A stretch of 64,000 nt of DNA from the human T2T-CHM13v2.0 reference genome, Homo sapiens, in the NCBI RefSeq assembly GCF_009914755.1, contig NC_060936.1; one strand, written 5' to 3'. The notes beneath the pieces are model-generated. The model worked only from the letters and a program-made list of their open reading frames with translations, did no database searches and was not told the origin of the DNA. The position numbers and the translations under genes were made by a program. Below are positions 38,127-49,800 of the stretch, piece by piece. Numbering within the stretch: the stretch's first letter is position 1; every line of letters starts with the position of its first letter.

Positions 38127-40842
38127 TCCCGTTTCCAACGAAGGCCTCAAAGAGGTCCAAATATCCACTTGCAGACATTACAAACAGAGTGTTTCCAAAC
38201 TGCTCCATCAAAAGAAAGGTTAAACTCTGTGAGCTGAACACACACATCAAAAAGAAGTTTCTGTGAATGATTCTGTCTAGATTTTATAAGAAGATGTTTC
38301 CTTTTCTACCGTAGGCCTCAAAGCGCTTGAAATCTCCAGCTGCAAATTCCACAAAAAGGGTGTTTAACATCTGCTCTTCTAAAGGAAAGTTCAACTCTAT
38401 GAGTTGAATACACACAGCACAAAGAAGTTACTGAGACTTCTCCTATCAAACATTATATGAAGAAATCCCGTTTTCAACGAAGGCCTCAAAGAGGTCCAAA
38501 TATCTGCTTGCAGACTTTACAGACAGAGTGTTTCCAAACTGCTCCATCAAAAGAAAGGTTAAACTCCTTGAGTTGAACACACACATCACAAAGTAGTTTC
38601 TGTGAATGATTCTGTCTAGTTGTTATACGAAGATGTTTCCTTTTCTACCTTTGGTCTCAAAGCGATTGAAATCTCCACATGGAAACTCCACCAAAAGAGT
38701 GTTTCAAATCTGCTCTTTCTGAAGGAAGGTTCAACTCTGTGAGTTGAATACAGACACCACGAATAAGTTACTGAGAATTCTTCTGTGTAACATTATATGA
38801 GGAAATCCCGTTTCCAATGAAGGCCTCAAAGAGGTCCAAATATCTACTTGCAGACTTTACAAAGACAGTGTCTCCAAACTCCTCCATCAAAAGAAAGGTT
38901 ATACTCTGTGAATTGAACGCACACATCACAAAGTAGTTTCTGAGAATGATTCTGTCTAGTTTTTATACGAAGATATTTCCTTTTCTACATTTGGCCTAAA
39001 AGCGCTTGAAATCTCCACCTGGAAATATCACAAAAAGAGGGTTTCACATCTGCTCTGTCTAAAGGACAGTTCACCTCTGTGAGTTGAATAGAGGCAACAC
39101 AAAGAACTTACTCAGTATTCTTCTTTCTAGCGTTCTATGAAGAAATCCCGTTTCCAACGAAGGCCTCAAAGAGGTCAAATATCTGCTTGCAGACTTTACA
39201 GACAGAGTGTTTCCAAACTACTCTATGAAAAGAAAGCTTAAACTCCTTGAGTTGAACGCACACATCACAAAGTAGTTTCTGAGAATGATTCTGTCTAGTT
39301 TTTATACGAAGATGTTTCCTTTTCTACATTTGGTCTCAAAGCGATTGAAATCTCCAACTGGAAACTGCACAAATAGGGTGTTTCAAATCTGCTCTGTCTA
39401 AAGGAAGGTTCAACTCTGTGAGTTGAATACACACACCACAAATAAGTTACTGAGAATTCTTCTGTCGAACATTACTTGAAGAAATCCCGTTTCCAACGAA
39501 GGCCTCAAAGAGGTCCAAATATCCACTTGCAGACATTACAAACAGAGTGTTTCCAAACTGCTCCATCAAAAGAAAGGTTAAACTCTGTGAGCTGAACACA
39601 CACATCAAAAAGAAGTTTCTGTGAATGATTCTGTCTAGATTTTATAAGAAGATGTTTCCTTTTCTACCGTAGGCCTCAAAGCGCTTGAAATCTCCAGCTG
39701 CAAATTCCACAAAAAGGGTGTTTAACATCTGCTCTTCTAAAGGAAAGTTCAACTCTATGAGTTGAATACACACAGCACAAAGAAGTTACTGAGACTTCTC
39801 CTATCAAACATTATATGAAGAAATCCCGTTTTCAACGAAGGCCTCAAAGAGGTCCAAATATCTGCTTGCAGACTTTACAGACAGAGTGTTTCCAAACTGC
39901 TCCATCAAAAGAAAGGTTAAACTCCTTGAGTTGAACACACACATCACAAAGTAGTTTCTGTGAATGATTCTGTCTAGTTTTTATACGAAGATGTTTCCTT
40001 TTCTACCTTTGGTCTCAAAGCGATTGAAATCTCCACATGGAAACTCCACCAAAAGAGTGTTTCAAATCTGCTCTTTCTGAAGGAAGGTTCAACTCTGTGA
40101 GTTGAATACAGACACCACGAATAAGTTACTGAGAATTCTTCTGTGTAACATTATATGAGGAAATCCCGTTTCCAACGAAGGCCTCAAAGAGGTCCAAATA
40201 TCTACTTGCAGACTTTACAAAGACAGTGTCTCCAAACTCCTCCATCAAAAGAAAGGTTATACTCTGTGAATTGAACGCACACATCACAAAGTAGTTTCTG
40301 AGAATGATTCTGTCTAGTTTTTATACGAAGATATTTCCTTTTCTACATTTGGCCTAAAAGCGCTTGAAATCTCCACCTGCAAATATCACAAAAAGAGGGT
40401 TTCACATCTGCTCTGTCTAAAGGACAGTTCACCTCTGTGAGTTGAATAGAGGCAACACAAAGAACTTACTCAGTATTCTTCTTTCTAGCGTTCTATGAAG
40501 AAATCCCGTTTCCAACGAAGGCCTCAAAGAGGTCAAATATCTGCTTGCAGACTTTACAGACAGAGTGTTTCCAAACTACTCTATGAAAAGAAAGCTTAAA
40601 CTCCTTGAGTTGAACGCACACATCACAAAGTAGTTTCTGAGAATGATTCTGTCTAGTTTTTATACGAAGATGTTTCCTTTTCTACATTTGGTCTCAAAGC
40701 GATTGAAATCTCCAACTGGAAACTGCACAAATAGGCTGTTTCAAATCTGCTCTGTCTAAAGGAAGGTTCAGCTCTGTGTGTTGAATACACACACCACAAA
40801 TAAGTTACTGAGAATTCTTCTGTCGAACATTACTTGAAGAAA
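38127..40842. repeat. Tandem pair of a divergent 8-mer HOR haplotype (1358 bp period)
   Basis: Both units share gttTtcaacg (boxes 38466/39824), ccacCaaaag, caGacaccacGaat and tatcTactt, which I did not see elsewhere in the window. Confidence 0.85.
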
Positions 40843-43800
40843 TCCCGTTTCCAACGAAGGCCTCAAAGAGGTCCAAATATCCACTTGCGGACATTACAAA
40901 CAGTGTGTTTCCCAACTGCTCCATCAAAAGAAAGGTTAAACTCTGTGAGCTGAACACACACATCAAAAAGAAGTTTCTGTGAATGATTCTGTCTAGATTT
41001 TATAAGAAGATGTTTCCTTTTCTACCGTAGGCCTCAAAGCGCTTGAAATCTCCAGCTGCAAATTCCACAAAAAGGGTGTTTAACATCTGCTCTTCTAAAG
41101 GAAAGTTCAACTCTATGAGTTGAATACACACAGCACAAAGAAGTTACTGAGACTTCTCCTATCAAACATTATATGAAGAAATCCCGTTTCCAACGAAGGC
41201 CTCAAAGAGGTCCAAATGTCTGCTTGCAGACTTTACAGACAGAGTGTTTCCAAACTGCTCCATCAAAAGAAAGGTTAAACTCCTTGAGTTGAACACACAC
41301 ATCACAAAGTAGTTTCTGTGAATGATTCTGTCTAGTTTTTATACGAAGATGTTTCCTTTTCTACCTTTGGTCTCAAAGCGATTGAAATCTCCACATGGAA
41401 ACTCCACAAAAAGAGTGTTTCAAATCTGCTCTTTCTGAAGGAAGGTTCAACTCTGTGAGTTGAATACACACACCACAAATGAGTTACTGAGAATTCTTCT
41501 GTGTAACATTATATGAGGAAATCCCGTTTCCAACGAAGGCCTCAAAGAGGTCCAAATATCCACTTGCAGACTTTACAAAGACAGTGTCTCCAAACTCCTC
41601 CATCAAAAGAAAGGTTATACTCTGTGAATTGAACGCACACATCACAAAGTAGTTTCTGAGAATGATTCTGTCTAGTTTTTATACGAAGATATTTCCTTTT
41701 CTACATTTGGCCTAAAAGCGCTTGAAATCTCCACCTGCAAATATCACAAAAAGAGGGTTTCACATCTGCTCTGTCTAAAGGACAGTTCACCTCTGTGAGT
41801 TGAATAGAGGCAACACAAAGAACTTACTCAGTATTCTTCTTTCTAGCGTTCTATGAAGAAATCCCGTTTCCAACGAAGGCCTCAAAGAGGTCAAATATCT
41901 GCTTGCAGACTTTACAGACAGAGTGTTTCCAAACTACTCTATGAAAAGAAAGCTTAAACTCCTTGAGTTGAACGCACACATCACAAAGTAGTTTCTGAGA
42001 ATGATTCTGTCTAGTTTTTATACGAAGATGTTTCCTTTTCTACATTTGGTCTCAAAGCTCTTGAAATCTCCAACTGGAAACTGCACAAATAGGCTGTTTC
42101 AAATCTGCTCTGTCTAAAGGAAGGTTCAACTCTGTGAGTTGAATACACACACCACAAATAAGTTACTGAGAATTCTTCTGTCGAACATTACTTGAAGAAA
42201 TCCCGTTTCCAACGAAGGCCTCAAAGAGGTCCAAATATCCACTTGCAGACGTTACAAACAGAGTGTTTCCAAACTGCTCCATCAAAAGAAAGGTTAAACT
42301 CTGTGAGCTGAACACACACATCAAAAAGAAGTTTCTGTGAATGATTCTGTCTAGATTTTATAAGAAGATGTTTCCTTTTCTACCGTAGGCCTCAAAGCGC
42401 TTGAAATCTCCAGCTGCAAATTCCACAAAAAGGGTGTTTAACATCTGCTCTTCTAAAGGAAAGTTCAACTCTATGAGTTGAATACACACAGCACAAAGAA
42501 GTTACTGAGACTTCTCCTATCAAACATTATATGAAGAAATCCCGTTTCCAACGAAGGCCTCAAAGAGGTCCAAATATCTGCTTGCAGACTTTACAGACAG
42601 AGTGTTTCCAAACTGCTCCATCAAAAGAAAGGTTAAACTCCTTGAGTTGAACACACACATCACAAAGTAGTTTCTGTGAATGATTCTGTCTAGTTTTTAT
42701 ACGAAGATGTTTCCTTTTCTACCTTTGGTCTCAAAGCGATTGAAATCTCCACATGGAAACTCCACAAAAAGAGTGTTTCAAATCTGCTCTTTCTGAAGGA
42801 AGGTTCAACTCTGTGAGTTGAATACACACACCACAAATAAGTTACTGAGAATTCTTCTGTGTAACATTATATGAGGAAATCCCGTTTCCAACGAAGGCCT
42901 CAAAGAGGTCCAAATATCCACTTGCAGACTTTACAAAGACAGTGTCTCCAAACTCCTCCATCAAAGGAAAGGTTATACTCTGTGAATTGAACGCATACAT
43001 CACAAAGTAGTTTCTGAGAATGATTCTGTCTAGTTTTTATACGAAGATATTTCCTTTTCTACATTTAGCCTAAAAGCGCTTGAAATCTCCACCTGCAAAT
43101 ATCACAAAAAGAGGGTTTCACATCTGCTCTGTCTAAAGGACAGTTCACCTCTGTGAGTTGAATAGAGGCAACACAAAGAACTTACTCAGTATTCTTCTTT
43201 CTAGCGTTCTATGAAGAAATCCCGTTTCCAACGAAGGCCTCAAAGAGGTCCAAATATCTGCTTGCAGACTTTACAGACAGAGTTTTTCCAAACTGCTCCA
43301 TCAAAAGAAAGGTTAAACTCCTTGAGTTGAACACACACATCACAAAGTAGTTTCTGTGAATGATTCTGTCTAGTTTTTATACGAAGATGTTTCCTTTTCT
43401 ACCTTTGGTCTCAAAGCGATTGAAATCTCCACATGGAAACTCCACAAAAAGAGTGTTTCAAATCTGCTCTTTCTGAAGGAAGGTTCAACTCTGTGAGTTG
43501 AATACACACACCACAAATAAGTTACTGAGAATTCTTCTGTGTAACATTATATGAGGAAATCCCGTTTCCAACGAAGGCCTCAAAGAGGTCCAAATATCCA
43601 CTTGCAGACTTTACAAAGACAGTGTCTCCAAACTCCTCCATCAAAAGAAAGGTTATACTCTGTGAATTGAACGCACACATCACAAAGTAGTTTCTGAGAA
43701 TGATTCTGTCTAGTTTTTATACGAAGATATTTCCTTTTCTACATTTGGCCTAAAAGCGCTTGAAATCTCCACCTGCAAATATCACAAAAAGAGGGTTTCA

Positions 43801-46800
43801 CATCTGCTCTGTCTAAAGGACAGTTCACCTCTGTGAGTTGAATAGAGGCAACACAAAGAACTTACTCAGTATTCTTCTTTCTAGCATTCTATGAAGAAAT
43901 CCCGTTTCCAACGAAGGCCCCAAAGAGGTCCAAATATCTGCTTGCAGACTTTACAGACAGAGTTTTTCCAAACTGCTCCATCAAAAGAAAGGTTAAACTC
44001 CTTGAGTTGAACACACACATCACAAAGTAGTTTCTGTGAATGATTCTGTCTAGTTTTTATAAGAAGATGTTTCCTTTTCTACCTTTGGTCTCAAAGCGAT
44101 TGAAATCTCCACATGGAAACTCCTCAAAAAGAGTGTTTCAAATCTGCTCTTTCTGAAGGAAGGTTCAACTCTGTGAGTTGAATACACACACCACAAATAA
44201 GTTACTGAGAATTCTTCTGTGTAACATTATATGAGGAAATCCCGTTTCCAACGAAGGCCTCAAAGAGGTCCAAATATCCACTTGCGGACATTACAAACAG
44301 TGTGTTTCCCAACTGCTCCATCAAAAGAAAGGTTAAACTCTGTGAGCTGAACACACACATCAAAAAGAAGTTTCTGTGAATGATTCTGTCTAGATTTTAT
44401 AAGAAGATGTTTCCTTTTCTACCGTAGGCCTCAAAGCGCTTGAAATCTCCAGCTGCAAATTCCACAAAAAGGGTGTTTAACATCTGCTCTTCTAAAGGAA
44501 AGTTCAACTCTATGAGTTGAATACACACAGCACAAAGAAGTTACTGAGACTTCTCCTATCAAACATTATATGAAGAAATCCCGTTTCCAACGAAGGCCTC
44601 AAAGAGGTCCAAATGTCTGCTTGCAGACTTTACAGACAGAGTGTTTCCAAACTGCTCCATCAAAAGAAAGGTTAAACTCCTTGAGTTGAACACACACATC
44701 ACAAAGTAGTTTCTGTGAATGATTCTGTCTAGTTTTTATACGAAGATGTTTCCTTTTCTACCTTTGGTCTCAAAGCGATTGAAATCTCCACATGGAAACT
44801 CCACAAAAAGAGTGTTTCAAATCTGCTCTTTCTGAAGGAAGGTTCAACTCTGTGAGTTGAATACACACACCACAAATAAGTTACTGAGAATTCTTCTGTG
44901 TAACATTATATGAGGAAATCCCGTTTCCAACAAAGGCCTCAAAGAGGTCCAAATATCCACTTGCAGACTTTACAAAGACAGTGTCTCCAAACTCCTCCAT
45001 CAAAAGAAAGGTTATACTCTGTGAATTGAACGCACACATCACAAAGTAGTTTCTGAGAATGATTCTGTCTAGTTTTTATACGAAGATATTTCCTTTTCTA
45101 CATTTGGCCTAAAAGCGCTTGAAATCTCCACCTGCAAATATCACAAAAAGAGGGTTTCACATCTGCTCTGTCTAAAGGACAGTTCACCTCTGTGAGTTGA
45201 ATAGAGGCAACACAAAGAACTTACTCAGTATTCTTCTTTCTAGCGTTCTATGAAGAAATCCCGTTTCCAACGAAGGCCTCAAAGAGGTCAAATATCTGCT
45301 TGCAGACTTTACAGACAGAGTGTTTCCAAACTACTCTATGAAAAGAAAGCTTAAACTCCTTGAGTTGAACGCACACATCACAAAGTAGTTTCTGAGAATG
45401 ATTCTGTCTAGTTTTTATACGAAGTTGTTTCCTTTTCTACATTTGGTCTCAAAGCTCTTGAAATCTCCAACTGGAAACTGCACAAATAGGCTGTTTCAAA
45501 TCTGCTCTGTCTAAAGGAAGGTTCAACTCTGTGAGTTGAATACACACACCACAAATAAGTTACTGAGAATTCTTCTGTCGAACATTACTTGAAGAAATCC
45601 CGTTTCCAACGAAGGCCTCAAAGAGGTCCAAATATCCACTTGCAGACGTTACAAACAGAGTGTTTCCAAACTGCTCCATCAAAAGAAAGGTTAAACTCTG
45701 TGAGCTGAACACACACATCAAAAAGAAGTTTCTGTGAATGATTCTGTCTAGATTTTATAAGAAGATGTTTCCTTTTCTACCGTAGGCCTCAAAGCGCTTG
45801 AAATCTCCAGCTGCAAATTCCACAAAAAGGGTGTTTAACATCTGCTCTTCTAAAGGAAAGTTCAACTCTATGAGTTGAATACACACAGCACAAAGAAGTT
45901 ACTGAGACTTCTCCTATCAAACATTATATGAAGAAATCCCGTTTCCAACGAAGGCCTCAAAGAGGTCCAAATATCTGCTTGCAGACTTTACAGACAGAGT
46001 GTTTCCAAACTGCTCCATCAAAAGAAAGGTTAAACTCCTTGAGTTGAACACACACATCACAAAGTAGTTTCTGTGAATGATTCTGTCTAGTTTTTATACG
46101 AAGATGTTTCCTTTTCTACCTTTGGTCTCAAAGCGATTGAAATCTCCACATGGAAACTCCACAAAAAGAGTGTTTCAAATCTGCTCTTTCTGAAGGAAGG
46201 TTCAACTCTGTGAGTTGAATACACACACCACAAATAAGTTACTGAGAATTCTTCTGTGTAACATTATATGAGGAAATCCCGTTTCCAACGAAGGCCTCAA
46301 AGAGGTCCAAATATCCACTTGCAGACTTTACAAAGACAGTGTCTCCCAACTCCTCCATCAAAAGAAAGGTTATACTCTGTGAATTGAACGCACACATCAC
46401 AAAGTAGTTTCTGAGAATGATTCTGTCTAGTTTTTATACGAAGATATTTCCTTTTCTACATTTGGCCTAAAAGCGCTTGAAATCTCCACCTGCAAATATC
46501 ACAAAAAGAGGGTTTCACATCTGCTCTGTCTAAAGGACAGTTCACCTCTGTGAGTTGAATAGAGGCAACACAAAGAACTTACTCAGTATTCTTCTTTCTA
46601 GCGTTCTATGTAGAAATCCCGTTTCCAACGAAGGCCTCAAAGAGGTCAAATATCTGCTTGCAGACTTTACAGACAGAGTGTTTCCAAACTACTCTATGAA
46701 AAGAAAGCTTAAACTCCTTGAGTTGAACGCACACATCACAAAGTAGTTTCTGAGAATGATTTTGTCTAGTTTTTATACGAAGATGTTTCCTTTTCTACAT

Positions 46801-49800
46801 TTGGTCTCAAAGCGATTGAAATCTCCAACTGGAAACTGCACAAATAGGGTGTTTCAAATCTGCTCTGCCTAAAGGAAGGTTCAACTCTGTGAGTTGAATA
46901 CACACACCACAAATAAGTTACTGAGAATTCTTCTGTCGAACATTACTTGAAGAAATCCCGTTTCCAACGAAGGCCTCAAAGAGGTCCAAATATCCACTTG
47001 CAGACATTACAAACAGAGTGTTTCCAAACTGCTCCATCAAAAGAAAGGTTAAACTCTGTGAGCTGAACACACACATCAAAAAGAAGTTTCTGTGAATGAT
47101 TCTGTCTAGATTTTATAAGAAGATGTTTCCTTTTCTACCGTAGGCCTCAAAGCGCTTGAAATCTCCAGCTGCAAATTCCACAAAAAGGGTGTTTAACATC
47201 TGCTCTTCTAAAGGAAAGTTCAACTCTATGAGTTGAATACACACAGCACAAAGAAGTTACTGAGACTTCTCCTATCAAACATTATATGAAGAAATCCCGT
47301 TTCCAACGAAGGCCTCAAAGAGGTCCAAATATCTGCTTGCAGACTTTACAGACAGAGTGTTTCCAAACTGCTCCATCAAAAGAAAGGTTAAACTCCTTGA
47401 GTTGAACACACACATCACAAAGTAGTTTCTGTGAATGATTCTGTCTAGTTTTTATACGAAGATGTTTCCTTTTCTACCTTTGGTCTCAAAGCGATTGAAA
47501 TCTCCACATGGAAACTCCACAAAAAGAGTGTTTCAAATCTGCTCTTTCTGAAGGAAGGTTCAACTCTGTGAGTTGAATACACACACCACAAATAAGTTAC
47601 TGAGAATTCTTCTGTGTAACATTATATGAGGAAATCCCGTTTCCAACGAAGGCCTCAAAGAGGTCCAAATATCCACTTGCAGACTTTACAAAGACAGTGT
47701 CTCCAAACTCCTCCATCAAAAGAAAGGTTATACTCTGTGAATTGAACGCACACATCACAAAGTAGTTTCTGAGAATGATTCTGTCTAGTTTTTATACGAA
47801 GATATTTCCTTTTCTACATTTGGCCTAAAAGCGCTTGAAATCTCCACCTGCAAATATCACAAAAAGAGGGTTTCACATCTGCTCTGTCTAAAGGACAGTT
47901 CACCTCTGTGAGTTGAATAGAGGCAACACAAAGAACTTACCCAGTATTCTTCTTTCTAGCGTTCTCTGAAGAAATCCCGTTTCCAACGAAGGCCTCAAAG
48001 AGTTCCAAATATCTGCTTGCAGACTTTACAGACAGAGTGTTTCCAAACTACTCTATGAAAAGAAAGCTTAAACTCCTTGAGTTGAACGCGCACATCACAA
48101 AGTAGTTTCTGAGAATGATTCTGTCTAGTTTTTATACGAAGATGTTTCCTTTTCTACCTTTGGTCTCAAAGCGATTGAAATCTCCAACTGGAAACTGCAC
48201 AAATAGGCTGTTTCAAATCTGCTCTGTCTAAAGGAAGGTTCAACTGTGTGAGTTGAATACACACACCACAAATAAGTTACTGAGAATTCTTCTGTCGAAC
48301 ATTACAGGAAGAAATCCCGTTTCCAACGAAGGCCTCAAAGAGGTCCAAATATCCACTTGCAGACATTACAAACAGTGTGTTTCCCACCTGCTCCATCAAA
48401 AGAAAGGTTAAACTCTGTGAGCTGAACACACACATCAAAAAGAAGTTTCTGTGAATGATTCTGTCTAGATTTTATAAGAAGATGTTTCCTTTTCTACCGT
48501 AGGCCTCAAAGCGCTTGAAATCTCCAGCTGCAAATTCCACAAAAAGGGTGTTTAACATCTGCTCTTCTAAAGGAAAGTTCAACTCTATGAGTTGAATACA
48601 CACAGCACAAAGAAGTTACTGAGACTTCTCCTATCAAACATTATATGAAGAAATCCCGTTTCCAACGAAGGCCTCAAAGAGGTCCAAATATCTGCTTGCA
48701 GACTTTACAGACAGAGTGTTTCCAAACTGCTCCATCAAAAGAAAGGTTAAACTCCTTGAGTTGAACACACACATCACAAAGTAGTTTCTGTGAATGATTC
48801 TGTCTAGTTTTTATACGAAGATGTTTCCTTTTCAACCTTTGGTCTCAAAGCGATTGAAATCTCCACATGGAAACTCCACAAAAAGAGTGTTTCAAATCTG
48901 CTCTTTCTGAAGGAAGGTTCAACTCTGTGAGTTGAATACACACACCACAAATAAGTTACTGAGAATTCTTCTGTGTAACATTATATGAGGAAATCCCGTT
49001 TCCAACGAAGGCCTTAAAGAGGTCCAAATATCCACTTGCAGACTTTACAAAGACAGTGTCTCCAAACTCCTCCATCAAAAGAAAGGTTATACTCTGTGAA
49101 TTGAACGCACACATCACAAAGTAGTTTCTGAGAATGATTCTGTCTAGTTTTTATACGAAGATATTTCCTTTTCTACATTTGGCCTAAAAGCGCTTGAAAT
49201 CTCCACCTGCAAATATCACAAAAAGAGGGTTTCACATCTGCTCTGTCTAAAGGACAGTTCACCTCTGTGAGTTGAATAGAGGCAACACAAAGAACTTACT
49301 CAGTATTCTTCTTTCTAGCATTCTATGAAGAAATCCCGTTTCCAACGAAGGCCCCTAAGAGGTCCAAATATCTGCTTGCAGACTTTACAGACAGAGTTTT
49401 TCCAAACTGCTCCATCAAAAGAAAGGTTAAACTCCTTGAGTTGAACACACACATCACAAAGTAGTTTCTGTGAATGATTCTGTCTAGTTTTTATAAGAAG
49501 ATGTTTCCTTTTCTACCTTTGGTCTCAAAGCGATTGAAATCTCCACATGGAAACTCCTCAAAAAGAGTGTTTCAAATCTGCTCTTTCTGAAGGAAGGTTC
49601 AACTCTGTGAGTTGAATACACACACCACAAATAAGTTACTGAGAATTCTTCTGTGTAACATTATATGAGGAAATCCCGTTTCCAACGAAGGCCTCAAAGA
49701 GGTCCAAATATCCACTTGCAGACTTTACAAAGACAGTGTCTCCAAACTCCTCCATCAAAAGAAAGGTTATACTCTGTGAATTGAACGCACACATCACAAA

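Noticed and set aside
46555-46746. 63 aa ORF from the supplied track (TTG start)
   Set aside because: It is ordinary satellite sequence. A single A>T at 46611 turns the TGA found in the other D dimers into TGT and opens the frame. There is no ATG, no gene context and no recognisable protein.
48085-48160. aacgcG and ctacCttt changes in a D dimer as a possible conversion tract
   Set aside because: Only one base (48158) matches the B dimer, which cannot be distinguished from a point mutation.
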